From positions 1,178,001-1,242,000 of the forward strand of contig SMSO01000035.1 of assembly GCA_004764695.1 (NCBI GenBank): a DNA stretch of 64,000 bases, in the 5' to 3' direction. The notes beneath the pieces are model-generated. The model saw only the letters and a program-made list of their open reading frames with translations. It was not told the DNA's origin and did no database searches. The DNA is from Schizochytrium sp. TIO01 (taxonomy: Eukaryota > Protista > Bigyra: Labyrinthulomycetes). Shown here piece after piece: positions 24,143-36,400 of this stretch. Both the position numbers and the translations under genes were made by a program. Position 1 is the first letter of the stretch. Each line of letters opens with the position of its first letter.

Positions 24143-25174
24143 ATGCCAGGCACAAGCATTGACCGAGGAATCGTAGAGAGGCTTCGCGGGGATCAGGCAC
24201 ATTGGGGAAACACAATGCTCTCAACGACGGAGGAGCACGTAGTTTTGGATGACTACCAGAACTTGGTCAATGAGCGAGAACTGCGCCAAGCGCCTGTGCA
24301 AGTACATATCGCATTGCAAAGACGTGTGGATGATGAAGAGAGTGCAGCCGAGAACGAACATGTTCAGGAGGCACGCGTTTGCCATCATTTTGATCGGAGC
24401 TCTGATATTGCAGTGGCGAAAGTTGTGAACGAGAGAAACCAAAATGAACTCATTACAGAAGCTTTGCCTATGCCATCGCCGGCGCCAATCATTGAAGTTC
24501 AGAACGCCGGAGGCTACCAGTCCCCTAAAACTAACAAACTGACTGTGGATAACTCAGTCTCACTGGCAGACGCATATCTTTTAACCATCATTTTGGGTAT
24601 CGTCGGGGCCCATCAATTTTATCTTGGACGAATTAAATGGGGCCTCCTTTACACGCTTACTCTGGGGTTTTTGGGATGGGGGGTTTTGATTGACTTGATT
24701 CGTATGCCCGAGCTTGTTGCCTCCAGGGAAAAGCATTTAAGTGAGTATGGTCACAACAACTTCTTCTTCGAACCACAGGGTTCCTTAGGACGCTTGACAG
24801 ACTCATATGTTCTCTGGGCATTTGGGTTCCTCGGGATTCATCAATTCTATCTCGGCCGCCCACGTATGGGCTTAATCTACCTCTGCTCGTTTGGCCTTCT
24901 CGGAATGTACGTTTTTGACCTTTTCCGTATGCCGAGCTTGGTAAAAGAGTCCCGGGAAAGGTACCGAATCGATGAGGCCTATATGTGTCTTCTTCCAGGG
25001 GGCATTCTTGGATTGCATCATTTTTATCTCGGTGATTGGAGGCGTGGATTTTTATATCTTTTCACCTTTGGATTTCTCGGACTTGGTGTGGTGGTGGACC
25101 TTTTCCGCCTTCCACATCTTGTCAAGCAGGCGCAAATGCGACAGTCTGGTGCCAATGAAGTCCTTAACTTGTAG
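24143..25174 (+). CDS. TM2-domain membrane protein with three tandem TM2 repeats
   Basis: Three copies of Y.L....G..G.H(Q/H)FYLG...G..Y..(T/S).G.LG....DL.R.P.LV; start ATG 24143 or 24215. Confidence 0.9.
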   Translation: MPGTSIDRGIVERLRGDQAHWGNTMLSTTEEHVVLDDYQNLVNERELRQAPVQVHIALQRRVDDEESAAENEHVQEARVCHHFDRSSDIAVAKVVNERNQNELITEALPMPSPAPIIEVQNAGGYQSPKTNKLTVDNSVSLADAYLLTIILGIVGAHQFYLGRIKWGLLYTLTLGFLGWGVLIDLIRMPELVASREKHLSEYGHNNFFFEPQGSLGRLTDSYVLWAFGFLGIHQFYLGRPRMGLIYLCSFGLLGMYVFDLFRMPSLVKESRERYRIDEAYMCLLPGGILGLHHFYLGDWRRGFLYLFTFGFLGLGVVVDLFRLPHLVKQAQMRQSGANEVLNL

Positions 25175-25483
25175 ATCTGAAGTCATCTAATTTGTTGATC
25201 CCTCTCTTGGTGTTTCATGTTAGTACGAGTAATGAAAATTTAAGGCAGACCCGACCGAATGTGACGACCTTATGTGAATTTTACTTGCATATATTCTAAT
25301 TTCATTTTTTTCGACCTAGGTTTCAATTAATTTATTTCTCATGCCCAGCATCTAACACCAACTTAAGCAAGCCTTAGGATGCGAGTCGTATGAATGATAC
25401 TATTATCAAGAAAGGGTGGTGGTAGAACGTGTGCACACTTGCGCGAAGCATGCTCGTCCTTGCAACTTATGACCTACCTTTTC

Positions 25484-26737
25484 TTATTGCAGATAACTCG
25501 CGAGACCGACTTGGCGGGAATGTGTTGCTCGAATTTGCGACAGTACTTTGGCTTTCTGCTCCATAACACGTGTTGTTATGGTTCTACGAGGAGAGCGCAG
25601 ATGGTGTAAAACAGGTGGACGATGAGGTGAAAGACTACGATCTCGATCTGATAACGGCCCTTTAATAAGTAATACTTCATCCTCGGCTGGAGCCACTGCG
25701 GCAGTAGTTTCTTCAGGAGTTTTGGTAGGAAGTCGAGCAGTGATGACTAGTTCTTTGGCATAGTTAAGCACTCCATTGATAAAAGAATGAGCCACAACTT
25801 GAACATCAGAAGGTGAATTGGTTCTTTCTAAATGCTCGGCCACTAGCGTCTTGTTTTTACTTGCGACCTTCCCTTTTCTTTTTTTCTTCGTTGCTCTGGA
25901 AGATGTTTTAGGTTTTAAGCTCCTGTCAAACTCCTTACGAAGTAGATGCAGCTCAATTTGGAGATGGTTTGGTGTTTTAGTACGTTTGTTGTGTTCTCGC
26001 TCCCAAGCACGCCGGGCGCCACGTTGCTTTGCATCCTCTTTATATTTTTCCAGATTCCGTAGAACGGGCTGGAATCTCGCACGCGGCTTGAGCTGAGTCG
26101 CTCGTGGCCTTCGAGAAGGGCGGAATACTAGCGCGTTGGTAAGTTCTTGTCCAGTTTGCTTAGCATTCTCTAAGGCAAGTTGAGCTTTAAGAGCTTGCTG
26201 ATGACGTACACGGTCCGCGTGTTGATGCCGAATTTCCTTACATAGGTCCATTCGGCGTTGGATAATATATAGACGTTCTTCACGTACGCGACGTAAACGC
26301 TCGAGGTATACTTGCATACGTTGACATTCATGGTCCAGCTCTTCTCTTGTGACAAATGGTTTGGCAGCAACAAGACGTCTGAGCAATGCAACATTTGAAA
26401 CAGCTAGATGATTGTCTTTAATAGGATCAGGAAGTCGTGGTTTGATCTTGATAATTTGCTCTCGCGGTCTAGTATCAATTGCTGGTTCTGCATGCGCGAT
26501 CTTCTTCCCAAGCGCATAGTTTTCTAGATCAATCCGCCGCTGCTCATCACGTCGGGTGATCTCCCGAGATGCATTGCGATGTTTGATGTACCTTGTGCGA
26601 TAGCTCGGCTGTTTTCGCGAAGACTGTGGCACATGTGGCTTTATACCAGATTCCAAACGGAGAATGTGCCCTTCATAAGTCCGTGTACTTTCTTCATACC
26701 GCCACCTACTCCAATGTAGCTCGCTTCCCTGAGCCAT
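25484..26737 (-). CDS. Basic coiled-coil protein, CFAP97/KIAA1430 (hemingway)-like, putatively flagellar
   Basis: Long ORF (first ATG 26737); repeats HILRL..IKP, RIDLENYALGKKIAHAEPAID and NVALLRRLVAAKP resemble the CFAP97 'I..EN..LL.KL...KP' pattern. Confidence 0.6.
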   Translation of the reverse strand: MAQGSELHWSRWRYEESTRTYEGHILRLESGIKPHVPQSSRKQPSYRTRYIKHRNASREITRRDEQRRIDLENYALGKKIAHAEPAIDTRPREQIIKIKPRLPDPIKDNHLAVSNVALLRRLVAAKPFVTREELDHECQRMQVYLERLRRVREERLYIIQRRMDLCKEIRHQHADRVRHQQALKAQLALENAKQTGQELTNALVFRPSRRPRATQLKPRARFQPVLRNLEKYKEDAKQRGARRAWEREHNKRTKTPNHLQIELHLLRKEFDRSLKPKTSSRATKKKRKGKVASKNKTLVAEHLERTNSPSDVQVVAHSFINGVLNYAKELVITARLPTKTPEETTAAVAPAEDEVLLIKGPLSDRDRSLSPHRPPVLHHLRSPRRTITTRVMEQKAKVLSQIRATHSRQVGLASYLQ

Positions 26738-27450
26738 ATTCTTGCTTCGGACACCTGCGGAGTCCTCACGACTCGCACAGGCTCGCACTGAACGCAGTAT
26801 TTTACGGAATAAACTATGGATGCTTTCTTGTTTCGTCTCCTTAGTCCTGGTTCTCCATTCTTCATGTGATAATATAGACACAAATTATAGACACCGTGAT
26901 GATTCTACAATCGATAGGCTAACAGACCTAGTAATTACTCTTAGGAAGAAAAGTAGTAGTACCCAGTATGGAGGAACTATTAAAAGAACCGTGAACGGAT
27001 AGATTCGCAAAGATCCGCATGTATACTACTGAGCTAATATCACTGCTTTCTTTTGATACGTCCAAGAAGAGCAAAACACAACGCAAAGGATCGCGCACGA
27101 TATTTTTAGCGGAGAAAAGAATAATCGTCTGCATCATGCGTCGCGGTGAGTCGCCTTGCGCAAGCTGTTAAAAAGCGGCATCTTGCGATTACGATCTACT
27201 TTATCCTGAATTCTGCCGAAGGAGCAGGAGCTCCCAAAAGCTAGTTGTTAAACTAAGGTCTTCAATTTAAGTGAGCTTGGCTAATATAGCAGAACTCCGA
27301 AAGCGACTTGAGGGTATAAGCTATTCTATGCAGCACAGAACTTCAAAACTCCGAGATCAACAATATATCACAAGGTAGAGAAAGGAATTTGACTGAGCCT
27401 TGTCAAGAAGAACGGTTAGCACAATGTTATTAAAATGAATATATCTAGAT

Positions 27451-29427
27451 CTACATGAAGTCGTACCATCTGCGCTTTTGCGGAATATCTCCTTCTTGGG
27501 CCATAACCTCATCATAGAAAGAATCAAACTGGGTCTTCCAGTGTTTAGCAATCTCATTTGGGTCAACGCCAAGATTTGCTTCAATGCAAATCGATGCAGA
27601 AACCTTATTGTTGTATGACAGAATACCAAGGTAAAGAGCAAGAGGGCTGAAGAGCAAGAAACTCATATCAGTGACATGAGCACCGGCAATTTTACAAGGT
27701 CGACTTGGTGCTGCAACATTTGAGAGTTGTCCAGTGGCTTTGTTAGCAGCCTGGAGGACAGTCTGATTACATGTTTTGAGCGGTAGGACCGGGATAAGCA
27801 TTTTCGCAACACGGGTGGTCACAAAGGGTGCTGGAGAGAGCTTGAGCTTGTCCAAATCACGTTTAATCTTCCAGAATAGTTGAAGGTCTGAACCCTTGAA
27901 AGTAAGATGAAATCGAAGAAAGCCGTAGGAAAATTGGTTGCGAGGGTCTTCATTGCGGAATGCTTGTTCACCAGGCATGCGTGTCGATACGGGGAATTGA
28001 GCGCTGACCTTAGAGCCATTTAATACCCTTTGATCACCGGACTCTCTGAAGTATTGACGCAACGTGAGAGTAAGCACAAGCACAAGCACGTCGTTGAGGG
28101 TTGCCCCCTGAAGCTTATTCTTGACCTCTTTCATGCGATCGAGGGGAATTTTATCCGTAAATGCAAAGCGACGCATGTCGGAACAGTCACTTGTGTTCGC
28201 GGGGCGCAAAGAATTGGCTGGGTCAGACGCGGAAAACACGTTGAACACACCACTCCATACACCGCCTAGGAAGAAACGCAGTTTATTCAAGGGTCCAAAG
28301 GCAGCTTTCTTCATCTTTTTCGCTGGAGGGCGGGACTCTTGGATCAGTTTGGCCTCCTCTTCATCTGTGGGCGGATCAAGCATGCGCAGGAGAACTTCAA
28401 TTTGGGACACGCCGTCACCAATGACGTGACTGATTTTGGTAATGAGGCAGGCTCTACCATCCACCATCTGAGGCACATAGTGGAGCTGCCAAAGGGGCTT
28501 TGACATGTCAGGCTCCCAGCCGCTGTACATTTGCTCTACGAAGTGATTAATCTCTTCGTCAGTGGCAGGGTGATCATCTAAAACTTTGTTTAAGTGATAA
28601 TCAATGTCAAAGTCTTTCAGGTCAATCTCCACAAAATGGATCTTCTGTGGAATAGGAAAAGAATTGCCTTTCATACACGCACGAAAGCGAGGCATGCTCA
28701 TCAAGCGTTCAATGAGAACCTCCTGCACAACCTCGAAGCCAGGATCATGGTCAAAGTATAGAAGTCCAGTAACCCACGTTGACTTATGTTGACTCTCGCG
28801 CTGTAGGTTACCAAGCATACGGGTGGTGACACTAGCACGAATCTTCCGGCCAGGCCTGGAGCTACTTTGAACATGGTGGCTAAATGTGGCTTCAATTTTA
28901 TCAGCTTTCTGTGCATGCATGATGAAAGGATCTTCCTCCATAAGTTCATCGTTCATCATGGCCTCCTTCATTATTTCTTCTCTTCGAAGTTCCTCCTTGT
29001 ATTCTTTTGCGTCACGCATCTTCATCTCAGTTCGGGAACGAGCCTCTTCCTCTTCACTCGGCTCCATCTCGTCCTCACTATCTGATTCTCCATCTGATTG
29101 ATCAGCTTGTTTCCGATCGAAACCAGAGTGGTTGTCAAAGTCTTCATCTTTCATCTCATCCTCCTCGTTTTCATCATCACTGGGTTCCTCGTATTTCTTC
29201 CTTCTAGTGCTCTGCTTCTTGCCATTTTTAGTCTTCATGTTGGCATTCTTGCTTGGTTTATTTCTTTTTTCATCCTTCTTATGCTTAGTGCTGCTCTTGG
29301 AAAAGCTGGGGTCGTTCTTAGACTCAAGGTCCTCGCTCTCATACAACTCGTTAATACTCTCAACCCGAGCAACAAGTTGGCCCGCCTCGCCAGCCGGTGG
29401 CGAATCCACGGTGACCCTTTGCATCAT
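27451..29427 (-). CDS. Wax ester synthase/diacylglycerol acyltransferase (WS/DGAT) with an acidic N-terminal extension
   Basis: PRFR, DIDYH, DMSKPLWQLHYV, catalytic (S)HVIGDG at 28431-28411, ATLNDV, RNQFS, SNVAAP, SYNNKV; first ATG 29427. Confidence 0.92.
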   Translation of the reverse strand: MMQRVTVDSPPAGEAGQLVARVESINELYESEDLESKNDPSFSKSSTKHKKDEKRNKPSKNANMKTKNGKKQSTRRKKYEEPSDDENEEDEMKDEDFDNHSGFDRKQADQSDGESDSEDEMEPSEEEEARSRTEMKMRDAKEYKEELRREEIMKEAMMNDELMEEDPFIMHAQKADKIEATFSHHVQSSSRPGRKIRASVTTRMLGNLQRESQHKSTWVTGLLYFDHDPGFEVVQEVLIERLMSMPRFRACMKGNSFPIPQKIHFVEIDLKDFDIDYHLNKVLDDHPATDEEINHFVEQMYSGWEPDMSKPLWQLHYVPQMVDGRACLITKISHVIGDGVSQIEVLLRMLDPPTDEEEAKLIQESRPPAKKMKKAAFGPLNKLRFFLGGVWSGVFNVFSASDPANSLRPANTSDCSDMRRFAFTDKIPLDRMKEVKNKLQGATLNDVLVLVLTLTLRQYFRESGDQRVLNGSKVSAQFPVSTRMPGEQAFRNEDPRNQFSYGFLRFHLTFKGSDLQLFWKIKRDLDKLKLSPAPFVTTRVAKMLIPVLPLKTCNQTVLQAANKATGQLSNVAAPSRPCKIAGAHVTDMSFLLFSPLALYLGILSYNNKVSASICIEANLGVDPNEIAKHWKTQFDSFYDEVMAQEGDIPQKRRWYDFM

Positions 29428-32400
29428 GGTGTTGCTCACAACGCAAGCGGTAGTCTTGCACGCACTCAAAGACTTTGGGTTTTGCCTTTGCCTTTTTCTC
29501 CAGATGTTCAAAGCGAGTTTGATTGTCTACTTTTGTAAGTAAAGCACAGAAGAGACACAATCCTCACTTAGTACGGCGTATCCTACGGTAACTTATAGGT
29601 ACCAACTAAGGCCAGTTAGCCGGCGCGCGGAGTTTAATGTGGGTTGAAAACAAAAAGAATAACTTTAAAAGGGAAAGGATAAATGAACAAACGAATGAAT
29701 GAGTGTATGAGTGAATGCCCAGCAGGCCCCCAATAGATTGGCTGACCATGCAAGTCAACAGTTCGCAGGTCTACTAATCTGTGCATTGGACGGAAGGAGC
29801 GGAGAAGCCGACGCTGGCTGCCTTACTTAGTATTAGCAACCAGTTCGGCGAGTCGCAAACTCCTGTTGCTTCACTGGGTCCGTTGTAGGTACCTAGAGCT
29901 TCGTAGTAGGTAAGTATAAAGTTTTATAGCAGGTAGGTACTACTTACTCCCAAGTGCTTGCACGTGCTGGCGCTGCTGGCGATTTTGAAAGAGTAAATAG
30001 GACGACATAAATACAAAACAACTTGAAGTGAAAGAACTTCGAGTCCTATTTCAATCCCTGCCTGCAAGGGAAGGATGAACCTCCGCTTAGACGCTTGCCC
30101 ACATATCGGCGCCAACTTGAAGCCTCTGAGTATGCTTTGGTTGATGTTTGCAGAACAGAGTTTAATCAACAGGGGAAAGAAATAAAATAAGCAGTTGAAC
30201 TGAGTGAAGTGAATGTACCCTGAGGCGTCTGGGTACAAGTGAGATAAGTAGGTCAGCCTGACCATTGATCGCCCTCCAGTGGACGAGAGTTAAAGTGTTC
30301 GCTGGCTGTCTCAAAGGCTCGCCTTGCCTGCTCACACAGCATCATTTCCGCTGCAGGCCCGCGCCAGTCAACAATCGTTCCACTTTTCTTTCGGGGCGCC
30401 TAATTTCTTGCCTACCTATTTCGCAGCTTTGTCCATCTCTCTCTCTCTCTCAATATCTCAATCTCTCTCTCTCTCTCTCAGTGTGTGTGTCTCTGATCAG
30501 TGTCGAGCCATTCCTTAATGCTCTGATCAGACAGATACAAAAGTAAATCATTTTTGCTCCTGTTTTCCGTTTCCACCCTCCATTATAATATGACATCTTT
30601 TTGTATTAAAAAAAATAAAAACATAATTTTTTAATGAAGAAACAATTTCAATCGCTGCTACGACTCCTGAAGTTCTCTTAGCGACAGCTTGATTAAACAT
30701 GTATTTGAAAGTTGGACGTGTTGATTGGGTGCATGTCAGTCTAAAAGGCTTTCCCAGCCTAGCCAAGCCCTTAAAAAAAAAAAAAGTTATTACTTTCTTT
30801 ATTTCTTTCTTTAAAAATAAAATCAAATCATGTGATACGAGGTCTAACTTGGATGTTGTGCACTTAGATGCTCCAATCTAGATTGGAATACATCCTAGTA
30901 CCGCCTTGGTAAAGCCTGAACGAAACCCTCGACATACAGGCACCTAGCGGCGGAGAGAGAGATCGGGAGGGGTAGCAAGATTGTGTATACTTGGGTTGCA
31001 TCTTTTGTCTCACCGTGTCAAGACCGGTAAACAAACTTGGCAATTTTCCGCCCTCCGCAACTTGGAAAGAGTTTTTTTTAATTCCATTTCTTCGATCTGG
31101 CGTAGAACAAGTTGCAGAAACCACTTACATATTTTATGCTGTTGTTTTCCAGTCCATATGCAACTATGAGGAGAAGAGGCACCATAGGTCGATGAGCGCG
31201 CCTTCTTTGAATAAGATATCGCGAAACATAGATATGCGAAATAAGCTTTCGGAGATGCCGTCATGCCTTTGCTTTGAAGGGAAGTACAGTCATGCATCTG
31301 TAGGCAAACTGCGTCTTAGTTTAATAAGGAAAGGGAGGTACCATTCGTACCACGCCTCTATTCCTATGAAGCAATGGGTGCACGCACGCGTCACAGGTTA
31401 GAGTAATACCGGAGATCTTGTCAGGGTGCAGCGAGCTCATGGACAAATTGATAGCTACTGCTCGCTGCAGTTCGCTGCAACGCATTTCCTTTAGGCGCAG
31501 GTGGTGTGGAGAAACATGACTACCAAAGTGGCCATTGAAAATTGGAAGACAAACTGAGAACACACTTGCTTTAGCTCCAAACAAAAACATACTAGAATCA
31601 TTGCGAATAACGTAAACTTAGGAAGCAGGAGAGTAAAAGAATGAATTCTCCACCTTCCATCGTAAGCGTATAGTCAAGTCCAACTTTAAAATTGACTAAA
31701 TGTACTGCCTTGCAAAACTATATTGTTTTGGTTAAAGAAGCTAGCAACGCCTTCGTGCTAGGAGCAGGCTCTCAGGCAGTAACAGTACTTCTTTTGATTG
31801 GGATTTCGCCTCCCACTGACTACCCATCGGTAGTAGACAGTTTGAACAAATAGCCGCGTACTTTGAGTATTCTGGTCCACCAATGGAAACGCACGAAACA
31901 TACTGTGTGGTGATTGTGTGTTCTTTGAAGGTGGCACTGATTGGGGATATCAGGTTGGAGTTTGATTTCTTTCGTTACTTGTCTTAGTCTCACAATTAAA
32001 CGAGACTTACAGTATATCCAGTTCTTAATTGGAGTGTCTTAACAGGTTGCTTTACATCTCAAGCTAACTGCATCTTTGACACTACAGGTTGGTCATCCAT
32101 GGAAAACCACTCCTCATTCTGTATCAAAAAAGAAAAAAGGCAACCAGCAAGTGTCGAAATCTGCACTTTATTCTAGTGGTATTCAGGTTAAGTGGCTATC
32201 TGTTTACAGGATAAGGTTCAAGGCCACCAGGAACTAAGCTAGGCAGCGACCATTCTTCTTAGTCAAAAGAAGCACGCTGCCAAAGAGCACGCACAATTTT
32301 TCACAAATATGCGGGGCGTTTCTCTTTAAGCGTACACTGCGACGTGAATCACATGTGTAACGCACGAGAAAACGCCAGTTTCAACGCAGAAGAAACTTTA

Positions 32401-32489
32401 CAAAATTCGCGTCACATTTATCCGTTTCATTCCGAAATTATGGAGGGAAATTTTATTTATTTATTTAATTTTTAATTTAAAAAAAATAT

Positions 32490-32561
32490 TGGACACATCG
32501 AGGATTGAACTCAAGACTTTCTCAATGCAAATGAGACGTGCTACCACTGCACCATGCGCCC
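32490..32561 (-). tRNA. tRNA-Ala(UGC)
   Basis: Cloverleaf GGGCGCA/TGTGTCC-A with G3:U70, D-arm GTGC/GCAC, anticodon arm TCTCA-TTTGCAT-TGAGA, T-loop TTCAATC; followed by an oligo-T terminator. Confidence 0.97.
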
Positions 32562-33358
32562 ACAGATATTCTGAATATTTAAACCAACCTATATAAAGAT
32601 CTTGTATAATTCAATGGTTTATTATGGAAATAGGTACCCAACCTCTGCTTAAGTTGTTTCCAGTCGAATAAAAAATAGAGGAAATCCACTTTTTCTTTTT
32701 CTTATTTTTTTTGTGCAAAAATGGAAATAGAGGCGTTCCAGCAAGCGATGTTTGGAGAGGCCTAGTCTTTGTAGCTTCTAGGCTGGAGCATTTATGCACC
32801 TTCAAACAAGCTGCTTATATGAACCATTGTGTACAGAGACTATGAACACGATATTGGACTTGAGTATCCCAAATTTAGGCAGCTTCATAGTTCCAAAGCT
32901 TTTAGCAACTTAGATGCTACTTGCCATAGAAGCACATCCGTGTGAAACCAAGAGAAGCATGTTTTCACTTGTTCATAGTCCTTATGAGTCGTGGGTAAAG
33001 AAGAGATCGTGTTTGTTAATTTACAATAACTCTAACTCCAGAGTGCTAATAATGTCCTTCCTACTTGGTTTTCCCTGTGATAGAGCGAGCCTTCAGGCAG
33101 AACGCGACTACCTGAAAAGATTAGAGCCGGCCGAGTTTAATCTTAAGCATTCATTCTGACCAAGTAGCCTGTTGATTTTCCAAGTGTATTAAAGTTGATT
33201 CGCTGTAGGCTGGTCTTGTTCTCCAAATCTGAATCTAAAGAACATGCTGTTCTCTCTTAATGTGGGAAAAAAAATAGTTTGGATTAAAAAAGGTTGGACT
33301 ACTACTGTTTAGTAGAGATTTCGATATAGCTGCGGTACGAAGGGGGAATAAAAAATTA

Positions 33359-33430
33359 TGGACACATCGAGGATTGAACTCAAGACTTTCTCAATGCAAA
33401 TGAGACGTGCTACCACTGCACCATGCGCCC
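33359..33430 (-). tRNA. tRNA-Ala(UGC)
   Basis: Identical 72-nt copy; T5 terminator downstream. Confidence 0.97.
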
Positions 33431-36400
33431 AATGATGAAACAATTTGAGGCAACAACACTAAATAAATCTAGGAACAACCACACAAGGATCTACAAACCA
33501 ATGCTACTACTGATGGTATTGTTTACTTGACGTTCTACCTAGACCATAGTTTCACTCGCTGGGCTTCAAGCCAAGAAAAGAAAAGGTTGAAATTCACTCC
33601 TCACTCCCGCGGATTTTCAATGTTATGGCCTGGAGGTCTTTGACTGCATTTTTTGAGATGAGTTAGGCAGTAGTGTGTTACCACGTGCTCCTACCCATAG
33701 TGCGTCTACAATCCTAGGCAAAACACACATGGAGACAACACCTGGTAGAAGTAACTTGGTTTGGTTTGCGTCCATGAAGATTTATATTTGATGTATTGTA
33801 ATTGCAAATTATCTTGAGCTCGTAACGGGAATAGCAAATGGTCTTTTGCGTTTTGAGAATGCCCATCAGGCTAGAACCGCGTCTTTCCAGTTTCTCAGAC
33901 GGAGCAATCTTAATACGACAATCTTGAAATGCTGAATAGAGTCTACTCCGCATGATACACACTATAAATATCATGGAATCTGGCGAGTGTGCTCTTAGAC
34001 TGTTTATGATGGCTGCGATGTCGTTACAAAAACGTTCCTCTTAGCCTCATAAAGCCTTATCCCAGTGTTGTTTCCATCTTTCTGTTCAGCTATCTGAAAT
34101 ACAAATAAAGTCTCTATTCACCACCTTATTTATTCCAACACGAGTTTGCCTACTTTGGAATGGGCAGCAGAGCAATAGCTCTCAAAGTCAGCCTTCTCCA
34201 AGCCTCTTTACTGCATCTTTCTAGTCCCTTTTAAGTTAAGTGTATTTGTCTTTTTGCAATGTTGCTGGTAAATGGAGATAAGGGTTAGCTGTTAAGCTAA
34301 TGCGATCTGTATCTACAGTTCAGGGGGTTGAAGCGGGCTCCGAAAGGGCCCCTCATAACCCAGCCATCAATGAGGATAACCTGACTTAAAACTTGTCTCA
34401 TATATATCGAAGCACCTACTGCAGCTTGTTAAAACTCAATGCTTCTATTCTTAATCATAGTTAATGTGTATATCCACTTTAGGAACTCGGCTATCTTGAG
34501 TTGGTACCGACGCAGCTGGTTAGCTCGTTCGGGTTCTGTGCGGCTTCTAAGTTCCTAAGAGCTGACCATGGAGGACATCGAGAACAGTGGCATTGTCTAG
34601 TCCACACGCTTCTTCGATTAGCGATATTAACAAAGAACGAGAGAACTGTGTGTGCCAAAATTGAATCTAAGCACGAGTCAGATCTTAACAGCATCTCTCG
34701 TTTATGTCTGCTAGCGAACTACGCTTTGACGTTGTGAACCTTTGAAATAGTGCTGCAAAAGCCATTTGACGAGTATAGTTACAAGTGTATCAGGTGCCAT
34801 AACAAAACGTCACGGTGGAAAACCCTGCACTTTATCGATAGCCGTGGCAACTTCGAAACTAAAAATAAAATCATCAATCAACTAGAATATCCGTGTATAG
34901 CAAGAGACATGAAATGGCGAGATGAAGTTAATCATGCCATGCGAACAATTTAGCCTGGACATTAACAATGAACTAACGTTCATCATATCTCTTCATCTAG
35001 TTTCAGTGGAACAAGTTGTAGATAGCAAGCTGAAAACCCTCCGCCTCATTTTGTCTTCACAAGTCTAGGTATCATGATCCTCTTTATCCGTAAGCCTGGG
35101 CTTGGGCTTGCTACTTCTATCACGTGCGTACATAGAATGGTCGCATGGTCATTGCAGACGTTCTTGCATAAATGACCTTGTAGCGTAGGATTTGCGTAGT
35201 CTTGTAATAATATTACTAGTTCTTTGCTGTATTATCATAAGTCTGAACTTCACAACAGAATCATGTGAAGGGCTTTGAGTCTCTTTGACGCAAATAGGGG
35301 GCTTAGGGACTCCGGGAGATGCTCAGCATATTACTTAACATATTTCATGATTTGTTAGGTCTAAGGAACAGTAGAGAAAGAGAAGTCGGAAATATCTACC
35401 ATCAGTAAAAAACATTTGAAAAATGTAGCGAACCTATATGATTACGATTTAGAGTTGAGTTGAATTTGGATCTGGGCTTCAACGGTCAACGTGGTTCAGT
35501 ACGTAACGCTAGTCAAGATGGTTGTGCCTTAAAGATGCCCCAAAAGGATACACGTCTGAAACCATCAGAAATAGTTTTGTCAAGCTACGAATTGTAGAGT
35601 AAACTTTTGCAAGTAAGCAAATTTCAAGCTACAAACCTTGACAAACAGCAATACTTCTTTCAGGCCTTGTTCATCTTTAGCCTCTGGTGGATCACTAAGA
35701 AGTACTGCTATACCACCTTCACGTGCTGCTTCATTTGTATGTTCTGAAAGTATTCTGGCTGGGGTTGTTGGTATTACACGTGCAGAGCATAAAGCCTCAA
35801 GGGCAATTTCTACCAAAAACAGCTACTAATGACAGAGTATTAGAATCAAACTTTAAACTGTTGAACCAATCGGAAAGCCAAATCAGAAAGCCTTTCCTGA
35901 TTCATCAGCCAGTTGATCAACTGTTTCATTTTAATATTTATGAAGAAACACAGCAGCTCGCCAACCCACAAGCATAAAATCTTCTCTACTTTTCATCTTT
36001 TTCGTTAGGTCTTCCAGCGATCTCCAGTAGAAGGGCTATGCGGACACGAGGAGGTTATCAGGATTCTTTGTACACTACTATAAGTCTTAGACTCTTTAGG
36101 ATTATTTATGATATGACGTTGACTATCAGATACAAAGGTGTGGGGTCAATAAGGCCAAAGCGTTGAAATTGCACTACATAATCAGGCGGGTATTTTAGGC
36201 AACACTTCAATCAATGGTTGAGGCAATAAATTAATCTACTCGCCTGAGTTCTGCGAATCTAGATAAAGTACGTCTTAGTCTTCCCAATTAGAATGTGAAG
36301 TATTCCGGCTTGGTGCTCAACTCTACAAGACTAAGCATACAGATAGTTCTCAATAACTAATCATACATTCCATGCGTTTTGCCATCATCTTTCTAGTCAA

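Noticed and set aside
29900-31600. Overlapping short ORFs upstream of WS/DGAT (e.g. 30991-31401)
   Set aside because: No motifs; consistent with chance ORFs
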